The position numbers and the translations under genes were made by a program. Positions 52,872-62,825 of a stretch of 64,000 nucleotides of DNA are shown piece by piece. The stretch comes from an uncultured Actinomycetota bacterium (GTDB taxonomy: Bacteria; Actinomycetota; Actinomycetes; Mycobacteriales; Mycobacteriaceae): positions 9,337 to 73,336 of the forward strand of contig CAWGIJ010000008.1 of the NCBI GenBank assembly GCA_963822655.1, written 5' to 3'. Within the stretch, counting starts at the first letter, position 1. The number at the start of each line of letters is the position of its first letter. The notes beneath the pieces are model-generated. The model was not told the DNA's origin, did no database searches, and was given only the letters and a program-made list of their open reading frames with translations.

Positions 52872-53155
52872 GGTACCCCCCACCACGCACGGCTATGCTG
52901 TTGTAGCAAACAAATGGTATCCGCTTCCGAAGGTGAACGGGCCAGAACGGCCGATCCCGATCTCCCCGGTGTCGTTGCTCACACGATGAGGGAATATCCG
53001 CCGCGTGAGATAGGCTGATCCCAACGTTGGCGTTTCGACTAGCTGACAACGTCGTGGACTGCTCCGACAATCCAATTCTTGGCTTTCTTACGGCGATCGA
53101 TTTTGCCCACCGGCAATCTCGCCACACCCTGATGCCTGAAAGGCACCACACCACA

Positions 53156-54454
53156 ATGACTTCGTCCTTCGCTGAGCTCGGCGTGCCCGAGCGACTGATC
53201 AGCAACCTGTCCGCGCGCGGAATCACCGCGCCTTTCCCAATCCAGGTCAGCACCCTGCCCGAAACCCTGGCCGGCCGCGACGTGCTCGGCCGCGGCAAGA
53301 CCGGCAGCGGTAAGACGCTGGCCTTCTCAATTCCGTTGGTAGCCCGGCTCGCAACCGCCAAGCGGCGGCCCAAGCACCCGACCGGTCTCGTGTTGGCTCC
53401 CACCCGCGAGCTGGTCACTCAGATCACCGCGGCACTGGAGCCGCTCGCGGCCAGCTACGGCCTGAAGGTCACCACGATCTTCGGTGGTGTCTCGCAGACC
53501 CGTCAGCAGTCCGCGCTCAACGCCGGTGTCGACATCGTCGTCGCCTGCCCGGGCCGGCTGGAAGACCTGATGCGCCAACGGCTCATCAGCCTCGACTCCG
53601 TCGACATCACCGTCCTCGACGAGGCCGACCACATGGCCGACCTCGGCTTCCTGCCCGGTGTTACGCGCATCCTGGCCGCGACGCCGCCCACCGGTCAGCG
53701 ACTGTTGTTCTCCGCGACCCTGGACAATGGCGTCGACAAGCTGGTCAAGCGCTTCCTGCACAACCACGTCATGCACTCCGTCGACGAGGTCAACTCGCCG
53801 GTAGCGGAGATGACCCACCACGTGTTCCATGTCGAAAGCGCCGGCGCCAAGAAGGAATTGGTGCATCGGCTGGCATCGGGCACCGGTCGTCGAATCCTGT
53901 TCATGCGCACCAAGCATCAGGCCAAGAAGCTGGCTCGCCAGCTCACCGATGCCGGCGTGCCCTCAGTTGACCTGCACGGCAACCTTTCTCAGCCCGCTCG
54001 TGACCGCAACCTGGCCGCGTTCTCGTCCGGCGAAGCCCGCGTGCTGGTGGCCACCGACATCGCCGCTCGCGGTGTGCACGTCGATGACGTGCAGCTGGTC
54101 GTCCACGTCGACCCGCCCTCCGAGCACAAGGCCTACCTGCACCGCTCCGGCCGTACCGCCCGCGCCGGCAGCTCCGGCGACGTCGTCACGGTTGTGCTGC
54201 CCAACGAACGCCGCGACACCTCGGCGTTGATGAAACGGGCCGGCATCGCTGCGCGTCCGCAGCAGGTGACCGCGACATCCGAGCCGGTCGCGCAACTGGT
54301 CGGCGAAATCGCGCCCTACCAGGCGCCGGCGCCGAAGCCAGCCGTCGCACCGCCCAACCGGGCGCCGAATCGTCGTCCCAACCGGGGCGGCGAACGCGCC
54401 AAGGCGGCCGCGCGCAACGGCCAGCACAGCCGGAGGCCACGTCGCTCCGCCTAG
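53156..54454 (+). CDS. DEAD-box ATP-dependent RNA helicase
   Basis: FAELGVPERLISNLSARGITAPFPIQ (Q motif), GRGKTGSGKT, PTRELV, VLDEADHM, SAT, HRSGRTARAG, and a basic C-terminal tail. ATG 53156 is preferred over the upstream in-frame extension. Confidence 0.9.
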   Translation: MTSSFAELGVPERLISNLSARGITAPFPIQVSTLPETLAGRDVLGRGKTGSGKTLAFSIPLVARLATAKRRPKHPTGLVLAPTRELVTQITAALEPLAASYGLKVTTIFGGVSQTRQQSALNAGVDIVVACPGRLEDLMRQRLISLDSVDITVLDEADHMADLGFLPGVTRILAATPPTGQRLLFSATLDNGVDKLVKRFLHNHVMHSVDEVNSPVAEMTHHVFHVESAGAKKELVHRLASGTGRRILFMRTKHQAKKLARQLTDAGVPSVDLHGNLSQPARDRNLAAFSSGEARVLVATDIAARGVHVDDVQLVVHVDPPSEHKAYLHRSGRTARAGSSGDVVTVVLPNERRDTSALMKRAGIAARPQQVTATSEPVAQLVGEIAPYQAPAPKPAVAPPNRAPNRRPNRGGERAKAAARNGQHSRRPRRSA

Positions 54455-54503
54455 AGTTGTTTCGATTGTTTCAATTCGATGTGGGCGCTGGTAGCCTGGA
54501 CTC

Positions 54504-55010
54504 ATGTCCACTACCGTCGCCGAGCAGGTTGCCGAGCGTGCTCGCATCGAACCCGGCTTTGCCGAGGTTTTGGAAGCCGTTCTCAAGGCGCCGATAACGC
54601 CGCAGGGAACCCTGGAGCGGGTTGCCGCCCGCAGCCTGAACGAAGAGCGCCGCAGCGCGTTGGTGCGTGAGTTCGTCGAGGGCTCGTTGGCGACACCGAA
54701 GGTCCAGCAGCGACTCGCCATGCACTCACCGCAGGCCGTGCACCGGCTGCGCAGCCGGGGCAAGCTGCTGGGCTCGGCGGTCGGTAACCAAACCTATTTC
54801 CCGGCTTGGCAATTCGATGCGGACCGGGTGCGGACCGATCTGTCACGGATCCTCGAGTTGCTCTCGACGTTCACATCGGACCCGTTGGCCGCCGATCGGA
54901 TCATGCGGCTGAAGCACGACGAGTTAGGCGGCTCGTCGATCGCCGAGGCGCTACGCCAACCGAAGATCTCCGACGCCGCGTGGCGGATGCTCGCCGGCAT
55001 CGGTGCCTGA
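54504..55010 (+). CDS. Xre/MbcA/ParS-like antitoxin (DUF2384-type C-terminus)
   Basis: 168 aa. The C-terminal ...STFTSDPLAADRIMRLKHDELGGSSIAEALRQPKISDAAWRML resembles the toxin-binding domain of RES-partner antitoxins. It overlaps the RES gene by 8 nt. Confidence 0.7.
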   Translation: MSTTVAEQVAERARIEPGFAEVLEAVLKAPITPQGTLERVAARSLNEERRSALVREFVEGSLATPKVQQRLAMHSPQAVHRLRSRGKLLGSAVGNQTYFPAWQFDADRVRTDLSRILELLSTFTSDPLAADRIMRLKHDELGGSSIAEALRQPKISDAAWRMLAGIGA

Positions 55011-55626
55011 GCTCCCCGCCGGCTACCGCAAGCCGCTGCCCGACGCGCGTCCGGTTGGCCTGCGGCGGAGACGGGTGGACGCCGGAACCGAGCTGTGGCG
55101 GGTCGAGGCGGCGCCGCCGGAAGAGTGGACATGGGACGGCTTTCCGACCGCCCGCTACCGCTTCGACCCGGAATCGGGCACCTTTCGAACCCGTTACGCC
55201 GCAAGCGCTCTCGTCGGCGCATTCCGCGAGCGCTACCGCCCGACCGGGCTGATGATTCCCGCCGATCATGCCGAGCACCGGCTGGTGCGACTGGTCGCCG
55301 CCCGGCACCTGCGCGTGCTCGACTTACGCACCGACGCCAACCTCGACGTCCTGGGCGTCGACGACCAGATCAGCACCGGACAACACGACGACGTATGGGC
55401 GACGTGCCAACGCCTCGCGGATGCCGTCAAGCGATGGTGGCCTGCGAACGACGCGCTGGATGCGGTGGTCTATCGACCGCGCACCACGCCGGAGACGTCG
55501 ATCAACTATGCGTTCTTCGCGCTCGAGCCGTTCACCGTCGAGTCGTGGCCGCTGGCCGAGCGCGCCGATGTGCTGACCGACCTGGTTCTGCGGCACGGGT
55601 TCACCGTCGGCTGGGCGCTACCGTGA
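55003..55626 (+). CDS. RES-domain toxin (NAD+-degrading family)
   Basis: GTG start. ...ELWRVEA...ARYRFDPESGTFRTRYAASALVGAFRERY...DAVVYRPRTTPETSINYAFFA provides the R...E...S signature in order. Intact 207 aa. Confidence 0.8.
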   Translation: MPELPAGYRKPLPDARPVGLRRRRVDAGTELWRVEAAPPEEWTWDGFPTARYRFDPESGTFRTRYAASALVGAFRERYRPTGLMIPADHAEHRLVRLVAARHLRVLDLRTDANLDVLGVDDQISTGQHDDVWATCQRLADAVKRWWPANDALDAVVYRPRTTPETSINYAFFALEPFTVESWPLAERADVLTDLVLRHGFTVGWALP

Positions 55627-55630
55627 AGCC

Positions 55631-56107
55631 ATGACCAACCCGATCACCCAGTCGCATCCACCGAAGGCGTTCTTCCGCGTGGTCAACCCGGTTCTGGCGC
55701 GGCTACTGCGCACGCCGTTCGCGAGCGGCGCACGCAAGCAATTCATGGTCGTCGACTTCACGGGTCGCAAGAGTGGACGCCGGTATTCACTCGTGCTCAC
55801 AGCGCATCTGATAGACGGCGTCCTCTACGCGCTGTCCGGCGCGACGTGGAAGGCCAACTTCCGCGGCGGCGCTGCCGCGCGGGTGTTGCATGACGGTAAG
55901 ACCGTGGCCATGCACGGCGAGCTCATCACCGACACGGCGATGGTGGGCGGTCTGTATGCGCGCTGCGCCGAGTCCTACGGCGTCAAGAAGGCCGAACGCG
56001 TGATGGGCATCGGGTTCCGCGACCATCGCATGCCGACGCACGACGAGTTCGCCGAAGCTGTAAGGGAATTGGGCCTGCGGGCGATTCGGTTTACGCCCGC
56101 CGCGTGA
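55631..56107 (+). CDS. Deazaflavin(F420H2)-dependent nitroreductase/quinone reductase family (DUF385-like) protein
   Basis: ...RVVNPVLARLLRTPFASG...MVVDFTGRKSGRRYSLVLTAHLIDGVLYALSG.ATWKANF... resembles the family core (TGRKSG). Intact. Confidence 0.55.
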   Translation: MTNPITQSHPPKAFFRVVNPVLARLLRTPFASGARKQFMVVDFTGRKSGRRYSLVLTAHLIDGVLYALSGATWKANFRGGAAARVLHDGKTVAMHGELITDTAMVGGLYARCAESYGVKKAERVMGIGFRDHRMPTHDEFAEAVRELGLRAIRFTPAA

Positions 56108-56116
56108 CTGCCGCCG

Positions 56117-57373
56117 CTATTCGACGCCGATGGCCAGCACGGCAACGTCATCGTCAGGCCGCAGTTTCGGAATCAAGGTAGTGATCTCGTCGACCAAACT
56201 CGGAAAGCCGAGCCCGGCACGCTCGGCTACGAAGGCGGCCAAACTGACCTCGTCGAACGGTGGATTGGCGTGTCGCGCCTCGATGAGCCCGTCGGTGTAA
56301 ACCAACAGGGTCTGACCTGGGCGCAGATGCGCACTGCACTTGCCGAATATGGCATCGGACCTCGCACCGACGAGCATTCCTTTGGGCGAACGGACGTGTT
56401 CGACTTGGCCGGTGTCGGGGCCCAGCTGGAGCGCAGGTGGATGGCCGCCAGTAGCGACGGTGACGTCGAAGCCGGCACCCTCGGCGTGCGGCTCCAGGAT
56501 TCCGAGCATCACCGTGCAGAACCGACGTGGCCTCAGCTCGCGCAGCAACACCGAGTTGAGTTCGGCGAGCGAGCGGACGGGATCGCGATAATGCAGCGCC
56601 GTTGAACGCAGGGTGTACCGAATCAGCGACGTCGCCACCGCAGCCTCGACACCGTGGCCTTCGACATCGCCGACGAAAAACGCCCATCGGTCGTCAGCGA
56701 GGGCGAAGACGTCGTAAAAATCGCCGCCGACTCGACGAGGGGACGCTGGGTGGTAGTACGCGGCCAGCGAGAGACCCGGAATCTTTGGTAGCACCGGCGG
56801 CAGCAAGGTCTTCTGCAGAACTGATGCGTACTCCTCGACCTCGTCGCGCTCCTGCTCGGCGCTGTCGCGATCGCGTTGCGCATCGTCGCGATCCAGCCGG
56901 GCGTCGTTGCGGTCGCGCCGGGCGTCGTCCCGGGCCAACTGGGCAGAATCCCGGTCCAGCCGCGCGTCGTCGCGCGCATATTCGGCCGCGCCACGGAGCC
57001 GCTGTTCCGTCCGGAGAGCCTCGAGTGAGGACAGCCGCAACTCCAACTGCTCCATCACGATCGCGGCCAGATCCTCGAGCATGGCGAGCTGTTCGGCGGA
57101 CGCGGAGCGCGCCTCGGTGTCCATCACGGCCACCGTTCCGAGCCGGTACCCATCGACGGTGACAATCGGCGCCGCGGCATAGAACCGAATCCTGTGTTCG
57201 CGCACGAACCCGTTGGCTGCGGCGCGCGGATCGTTGAGCGTGTCCTCCACGACGTACGGGGTGTCACCCTCGATCGCGGCCACGCACAACCCGTCGTCCC
57301 GCGCGACCTGACGGCCGGCTTCGATCCCGTGCACCGCCATCAACCAGATGCGGTCGCGATCGACGATCGACAC
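56117..57373 (-). CDS. GAF domain - heptad-repeat linker - PP2C/SpoIIE phosphatase
   Basis: GAF: VSIVDRDRIWLMAVHGIE...YVVEDTLNDPRAAANGFVREHRIRFYAAAPI. PP2C: LAAYYHPASPRRVGGDFYDVF...WAFFVGDVEGHGVEAAV...TLLVYTDGLIEAR...DDDVAVLAIG. In-frame upstream sequence DTDAARLQAVERYRLLDPQPDQVLARIPGLAARLFAAPIAT has no start codon. An ATG at 57498 is in another frame, so a 5' frameshift near 57487-57492 is likely. Confidence 0.8.
   Translation of the reverse strand: MSIVDRDRIWLMAVHGIEAGRQVARDDGLCVAAIEGDTPYVVEDTLNDPRAAANGFVREHRIRFYAAAPIVTVDGYRLGTVAVMDTEARSASAEQLAMLEDLAAIVMEQLELRLSSLEALRTEQRLRGAAEYARDDARLDRDSAQLARDDARRDRNDARLDRDDAQRDRDSAEQERDEVEEYASVLQKTLLPPVLPKIPGLSLAAYYHPASPRRVGGDFYDVFALADDRWAFFVGDVEGHGVEAAVATSLIRYTLRSTALHYRDPVRSLAELNSVLLRELRPRRFCTVMLGILEPHAEGAGFDVTVATGGHPPALQLGPDTGQVEHVRSPKGMLVGARSDAIFGKCSAHLRPGQTLLVYTDGLIEARHANPPFDEVSLAAFVAERAGLGFPSLVDEITTLIPKLRPDDDVAVLAIGVE
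56846..56971 (-). repeat. Six tandem 21-nt (heptad) repeats inside the phosphatase gene
   Basis: DDARLDR DSAQLAR DDARRDR NDARLDR DDAQRDR DSAEQER, six consecutive 7-aa units read directly from the DNA. Confidence 0.75.
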
Positions 57374-57649
57374 GGTCGCTATCGGTGCCGCGAAGAGTCG
57401 GGCAGCAAGGCCGGGGATTCGCGCCAGTACCTGGTCGGGCTGTGGGTCGAGCAGGCGATAACGCTCGACCGCTTGCAGGCGCGCCGCATCGGTGTCATCA
57501 CGTGAAGAGAAATTATCGGAAATGGTGCGCTACATCCTGCGCTAGATCAACGGGGCATGAGTCGGCCGGCCGACCGGCCTACCAAAGACTACGGCTAAAT
57601 CTTCGCTGCCTGTGCTCATACCGTACAACCTGCGCGGATCGGCCGTTAC

Positions 57650-58708
57650 TCATGTGGCAGATGCGCCGTCGGCGGCGTATGTCTCGGTGACGGCCGGTTC
57701 GTTGTCGGTCGCGGCCTGCACGGCGTCGGCGACAGCGGCGACGCGCTCGGACGGCACCAACGCGATGACGCAGCCGCCGAATCCCCCGCCGGTCATCCGA
57801 GCACCGAGGGCGCCGGCATCGACGGCGGTCTGCGCGATCAGGTCGATGTGCGGCGTGGTGATCGAGAAGTCGTCGCGCATCGACGCGTGTGACGCGGTGA
57901 AGATCCGCCCGGCCTCGGTGTAGTCCGAATTACCCAATGCGGCAACGAAATCCAATACCCGCTGGTTCTCGGTCAGCACGTGACGGGCGCGGCGGGCATC
58001 GACGGGGTCCGCTACGGCGTCGAGCACAGCGATGTCCTGGACTTCGCGCAGCGACGCCACGCCCATATCCGCCGCCGCCCGCTCACACGACAACCGCCGC
58101 GCGGCATACTCGCCCCCGACGTGGCCGTGCCGCTCGCGTGAGTCGATCAGCAGCAAGCCGACTCCTGACGCGGCCGGGTCGAAGCCGACCGGTGACACGG
58201 TCAAGTCGCGGAAGTCGATCAGCAGAGCGGTCGACTCGGCGCCGAACAGCGACGAGATCTGATCGAGCAAACCCGTTGGTGCGCCGACGTATTCGTTCTC
58301 GGCGCGCTGGGCCAGCCGCGCCTGGTCTAACAGGTCGATGCCGGGGCACAAGGCGCCGAGCACGGCACATTCCAGCGCCGCCGAAGACGACAACCCCGAC
58401 CCCATCGGGACCTCGCTGTTGATCGACATCGTCCCGCCCGGCACCGAATGCCCGGCGGACCGCAAAGACCAGACCACGCCGGCCACATACGCCGCCCACC
58501 CCTCGACCTCACCGGGCCTGGTGGTCAATGGAATTCGCACCGATCCGTCGGCAAGGTCGCTGGACACGGTCAGAGCGTCCGAGTCGGATGGTTCGAAAAC
58601 AACGGACGTGCGCTGTGGAAGCGCGATCGGCAGCGACCAGCCGAGGTTGTAGTCGGTGTGCTCGCCGATCAGGTTGACCCGACCAGGCGCCGAGTAGCGG
58701 ATCGTCAC
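57650..58708 (-). CDS. galK: Galactokinase
   Basis: [30 protein letters not shown] and ...[20 protein letters not shown] (GHMP kinase motif). Intact. The ATG overlaps the galT stop (ATGA). Confidence 0.92.
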   Translation of the reverse strand: MTIRYSAPGRVNLIGEHTDYNLGWSLPIALPQRTSVVFEPSDSDALTVSSDLADGSVRIPLTTRPGEVEGWAAYVAGVVWSLRSAGHSVPGGTMSINSEVPMGSGLSSSAALECAVLGALCPGIDLLDQARLAQRAENEYVGAPTGLLDQISSLFGAESTALLIDFRDLTVSPVGFDPAASGVGLLLIDSRERHGHVGGEYAARRLSCERAAADMGVASLREVQDIAVLDAVADPVDARRARHVLTENQRVLDFVAALGNSDYTEAGRIFTASHASMRDDFSITTPHIDLIAQTAVDAGALGARMTGGGFGGCVIALVPSERVAAVADAVQAATDNEPAVTETYAADGASAT

Positions 58709-59766
58709 GCCAGGTCTCGCAGGCGCGCGGCAACCGCCTCGGGCACCACGTCGGTGATGAACGCGTCCATCGCCGACTCCGACGCCGCCAGATACTTCAG
58801 AGCGGTCGCGCTGCGGCGGATCGACATCAACTCGACGTGGAAGTAGCCGTTGCGCAGCGCATCAGTGTCGTCGTATTGATGCAGCGCCGAAATGTAGGGT
58901 AGCGGGCCGGAATACATCCGGTCGAAGCGACGCAACACATCGAGGTAGATCGCGGCGAAGTCGTCCAGCTCGGCATCGGTGAGGCCAATGAGGTTGTGCA
59001 CGAACCGGTTCGGATAGATGTGTACCTCGACCGGCCAGCGAGCCGCGAACGGGACGAAGGCGGTGAACATGTCCGTGCGCGCGACGAGCCGGCTGCCATC
59101 GGCTAGCTCGGCGGCCACCAGATCGGCAAACAGGTTGCCGCCCTTGTACACCGCGGCTTGCGACATCATCGCCGCGGTCCGCGGTGTGAGATACGAGTAG
59201 CCGTAGATCTGGCCGTGCGGGTGCGCCAGCGTGACACCGATTTCCTCGCCTCGGTTCTCGAAGCAGAACACCTGCTGCACGCCCGGCGCGGCGAGCAGCG
59301 CCGCGGTCCGGTCCCGCCACGCGTCGACCACCAACCGGGCATGCGGCAACGGCAGCTCGGCGAACGACCCGGCGTGATCGCTGGAGAAGCAGATCACCTC
59401 GCACCGCCCGACGCCGGGCAGCGGCGTAGACCCCTCCGGCACCGAGGCGAACGACCCCGCGCCGGACAACGACGGGAAGCGGTTCTCGAACACGACCACG
59501 TCGTAGTCGGGCGCGGGCACCTCGCTCGTAGTCCCCGTCGGACCCGGGCACAGCGGACACTGATCGGGCGGCGGCTTGTAGGTGCGGTCTTGCCGGCGCG
59601 CGGCGATGACCACCCACTGCCCGGTGGCCCGATCGAAGCGCAGTTGCGACTGCCCGGGCTCGAACGGCGGCAACGGCCTGAGGTCGGGCACCGGCGCCGG
59701 GGTATGCCCCGGGAGTGAGAAGAACAACAGCTCGCGGCCATCGGCCAGCGTCACCTCCGTGCTCAT
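58705..59766 (-). CDS. galT: Galactose-1-phosphate uridylyltransferase
   Basis: ATG 59766. ...CPLCPG..., [34 protein letters not shown] (HPH active site). Intact 353 aa. The 771-aa ORF-track entry is this gene plus a spurious upstream extension. Confidence 0.92.
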   Translation of the reverse strand: MSTEVTLADGRELLFFSLPGHTPAPVPDLRPLPPFEPGQSQLRFDRATGQWVVIAARRQDRTYKPPPDQCPLCPGPTGTTSEVPAPDYDVVVFENRFPSLSGAGSFASVPEGSTPLPGVGRCEVICFSSDHAGSFAELPLPHARLVVDAWRDRTAALLAAPGVQQVFCFENRGEEIGVTLAHPHGQIYGYSYLTPRTAAMMSQAAVYKGGNLFADLVAAELADGSRLVARTDMFTAFVPFAARWPVEVHIYPNRFVHNLIGLTDAELDDFAAIYLDVLRRFDRMYSGPLPYISALHQYDDTDALRNGYFHVELMSIRRSATALKYLAASESAMDAFITDVVPEAVAARLRDLA

Positions 59767-59799
59767 CGGGTCCCATCTTGGTCGCTGTGCCAGAGTCGA

Positions 59800-61962
59800 G
59801 TGCAAGAGACACGCAAGAAAGGCTGGCGACGGGTGTTCGGTGACGCAACCGCGCGGTACGAGCGGGCGCGCAACTGGACGATCGGGTCGGATCCCGGCCT
59901 GCTGCGGCTGCGGATGGCCGCCCGGACGACGGGTGCGCTGGCGACGGCGCTCATCGTCCTGTTCGCGTTGACCAAGGCCACCGGGCAGCCGATGACGGTG
60001 GCGCTGCTCGGAGCGTTGATCACGATGGTGTCGGCGCGCTCGGTGAACGAACCCGACCCGCATCAGCAGCGCATCACGATGGCGCTGCTGCCGCTGCCCA
60101 CGGCGGTGTCGATCACCGCGGCCGCGCTGGTCACGCCGTATCCCGTGATCGGCGACATCCTGTTCGTCGTGGTGGTGTTCATCGCCGTCTACGTGCGACG
60201 GTTCGGCCCGCGCGGGACGACGCTGGGCATGGTCACGTTCATGGCGTACTTCTTCTCGCTGTACCTGCGGGCGCAGTTCTCCGAGTTGCCATGGCTGATC
60301 GGCGCGACCGTGGTCGGCACGCTGTGCAGCTTCGTCTGGGCGACCTTCCTGATGCCGGACCGACCGGAAAGCGTTCTGCGCGCGAATATTCGGTCGCTGC
60401 GGGCACGGATGGCGATCGTCGTCGACACGACGGCCGACGTGGTGCGCGACCGCCAGGTGGACGAACGGCGGCAACGGCGACTGCGCATCCGGACCGTCCG
60501 GCTCAATGAGACCGCGCTGACCGTCCAGGCCCAGATCGAAGACCAGGTCAACCCCGGCGCACTGTGGCCGGGCGTCAGCGGCGAGGACCTCGCGATGTGG
60601 CTGTTCGACGCCGAACTGACCGTCGAACGGCTCGCGACGGCCGGCGCCCGGGCGGCCTCGGCCGACATTTCCGACGCCGCCCGCATCGAAGTGGCCGACG
60701 CGGTCGCGATGCTGTCGCGTGCGATTCGGTTGCCGCACAGCCACCGCCTCCGCGCGACGGTGGATCGGGCGCAAGAACTGCTGGAGCACAGCGACGAATT
60801 GCCCGTGCGCCGGCTGGCCCTGGCCGTCGTCGACACGGCCAAGGCGACCGCCGAGGTCCGCGCCCGAATCGAACGCGTCGAGGAAGCAGCACAGGCGCCC
60901 GCCGACAACCCGGCGCCGCCGGCGCAGAGCGGCATGCTGCCGTCGACTCGGCAGGCGATTCAGGTGGCGGTCGCTGCGGCGCTGGCGATCATCGTCGGCG
61001 AGACGCTGTCGCCGTCGCACTGGTATTGGGCGGCGATCGCCGCGTTCGTCATCTTCGCCGGTACCAACTCGTGGGCCGAGACGCTCGACAAGGGTTGGCA
61101 GCGGCTACTCGGCACGGTGCTCGGTGTTCCCAGCGGGGTGCTGGTCGCAACCCTGGTGTCCGGCAACAAGATTGCCTCGCTGGTGATGATCTTCGTCTGT
61201 CTGTTCTGCGCCTTCTATTTCATGAAAGTCACCTACAGCCTGATGACGTTCTGGATCAGCACGATGCTCGCGTTGATGTACGGCCTGCTCGGCGAATTCA
61301 CGTTCGGCCTGCTGCTGTTGCGCATCGAGGAGACGGCGATCGGCGCGGTCATCGGGATCGCCGCGGCGATGCTGGTGCTGCCGATCAACACCCGGACGAA
61401 CATCCGCCGCGACGCGCACACGTTCTTTCTCACGCTGTCCGACCTGGTCGAAGATTCGGTCGCCAGCCTGCTCGACGGCCAACCGGCGACGCCCCTGACC
61501 GAGACGGCCCGTCAGCTCGGCCGTGACCTGTCGCAGTTCCGCACCACGGCCAAGCCGCTGAGCGCCGGGATCGCCGGCCTGGGCGGGCGCCGCACCATGC
61601 GGCACGGCCTGCGGATGCTCAACGCCTGCGACCGCTATGCCCGAATCCTGGCCCGCAGCAGCGAAACCCGGATCGAGACGTCGTCAGAGCTGGCCGACTC
61701 GATCCGGTCGACCGCGACGCAGATCCGCCGCAATATCGAGGTGCTGATCACCGCGCTGGAATTCGACCAGCCCGCAACGGTTTTCCCGTCCACGGACTTC
61801 ATAGACACCGCCGAGTCGATCGCCCGCCAGCACGACAACCAGCCGGGAAGACAACGGCTATTGTCCGCGCTGCACTCGCTACGTCAGATCGACCGCGTCG
61901 TCATCAACTCCGCGATCGACCTCGGCGCGAGCAGCGGGGTGTTGATACCCAATCCCGCTTAG
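59800..61962 (+). CDS. FUSC-family (fusaric-acid-resistance-like/aromatic acid exporter) integral membrane protein
   Basis: Two hydrophobic blocks (LIVLFALTKATGQPMTVALLGALITMVSA... and AVAAALAIIVGETLSPSHWYWAAIAAFVIFAGTNSWAETLDKGWQRLLGTVLG) are separated by a long helical cytoplasmic region. Intact 720 aa. The start could be a few codons downstream. Confidence 0.8.
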   Translation: MQETRKKGWRRVFGDATARYERARNWTIGSDPGLLRLRMAARTTGALATALIVLFALTKATGQPMTVALLGALITMVSARSVNEPDPHQQRITMALLPLPTAVSITAAALVTPYPVIGDILFVVVVFIAVYVRRFGPRGTTLGMVTFMAYFFSLYLRAQFSELPWLIGATVVGTLCSFVWATFLMPDRPESVLRANIRSLRARMAIVVDTTADVVRDRQVDERRQRRLRIRTVRLNETALTVQAQIEDQVNPGALWPGVSGEDLAMWLFDAELTVERLATAGARAASADISDAARIEVADAVAMLSRAIRLPHSHRLRATVDRAQELLEHSDELPVRRLALAVVDTAKATAEVRARIERVEEAAQAPADNPAPPAQSGMLPSTRQAIQVAVAAALAIIVGETLSPSHWYWAAIAAFVIFAGTNSWAETLDKGWQRLLGTVLGVPSGVLVATLVSGNKIASLVMIFVCLFCAFYFMKVTYSLMTFWISTMLALMYGLLGEFTFGLLLLRIEETAIGAVIGIAAAMLVLPINTRTNIRRDAHTFFLTLSDLVEDSVASLLDGQPATPLTETARQLGRDLSQFRTTAKPLSAGIAGLGGRRTMRHGLRMLNACDRYARILARSSETRIETSSELADSIRSTATQIRRNIEVLITALEFDQPATVFPSTDFIDTAESIARQHDNQPGRQRLLSALHSLRQIDRVVINSAIDLGASSGVLIPNPA

Positions 61963-62825
61963 CCTTGGCGGGCAAGGAAATCCAGTACCGCGTCGGCGAA
62001 GAGATCGTTGCGATCGCCGGCGACCATGTGACCCGCGCCCTGCACGTCGACGAACTCGACCTGTGGGAAGCGCGCGAGGAACTCGTCGGCGCGGTCCTGA
62101 CTGACCAGGTCGCTGACCTGACCGCGCACCAGCAGCATCGGTACCCCGCCCGCCAGGATCTCCTCGACCGCCGCGTTCATCCGGCCGACGTCGGTCAACT
62201 CGTGCGGCGGCAGAGAAGCATTCTCGCTGATGAACTTTGGATCCCAGTGCCAATACCAGCGGTCGCCGCGACGGCGCAGATTGGTGCGCAGGCCATTGAG
62301 GTCCGACGGCCGCGGCCGGTGCGGGTTGTATTCGGCGATCATGTCGGCGACCTCGTCGAGCGAGGAAAAGCCGGACTGCATCCGGCCGGCCATGAACTCG
62401 TGAATCCGGTTCGCGCCGGACTGGTCCATGTTCGGCACGATGTCGACCAGGACCACCGCTCGGGCAATACCCGGCGAAATCTCGCCCGCCAGAAGCATTG
62501 TCGTGAAGCCACCGAGCGACGCGCCGACCAGTACCGGCCGCGGTGGCAGCTGACGCAGCACCTCCTGTACGTCACCGGCGAAACTGGCCAACCGGTAGTC
62601 ACCCTCTTCCGACCAATCCGACTCGCCATGGCCGCGGAAGTCGACAGTGACTGCCTGCCAACCGCGTTCGGCCACCGCGGCCGCCGCCTTGCCCCACGAC
62701 CTGCGGGTCTGCCCACCGCCGTGCAGGAAAACCACGGCCTGCGTGTCCGGGTCGCCGAGCCGGTCGGCGACGATGCGGGTGCCGCCGACGCCGGTCGTCG
62801 TGAAGGTCTCAGGCGTGATGGTCAC
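61959..62825 (-). CDS. Alpha/beta hydrolase
   Basis: AVVFLHGGGQTRRSW, VTVDFRGHGESDW, VLVGASLGGF (G-x-S-x-G), ...GAGHMVAGD. Intact. Confidence 0.85.
   Translation of the reverse strand: MTITPETFTTTGVGGTRIVADRLGDPDTQAVVFLHGGGQTRRSWGKAAAAVAERGWQAVTVDFRGHGESDWSEEGDYRLASFAGDVQEVLRQLPPRPVLVGASLGGFTTMLLAGEISPGIARAVVLVDIVPNMDQSGANRIHEFMAGRMQSGFSSLDEVADMIAEYNPHRPRPSDLNGLRTNLRRRGDRWYWHWDPKFISENASLPPHELTDVGRMNAAVEEILAGGVPMLLVRGQVSDLVSQDRADEFLARFPQVEFVDVQGAGHMVAGDRNDLFADAVLDFLARQG

Noticed and set aside
57561-57574. Perfect 14-nt palindrome GTCGGCCGGCCGAC between galK and the phosphatase gene, as a terminator
   Set aside because: The stem would be only 5 bp with a 4-nt loop and no U-tract. This is too weak to call in GC-rich DNA, where such palindromes arise by chance.
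59767-61020. 417-aa N-terminal extension of the galT ORF (the 771-aa ORF-track entry)
   Set aside because: The extension is Arg/His/Asp/Gln-rich nonsense antisense to the FUSC gene. GalT homology starts exactly at ATG 59766 ([16 protein letters not shown]).
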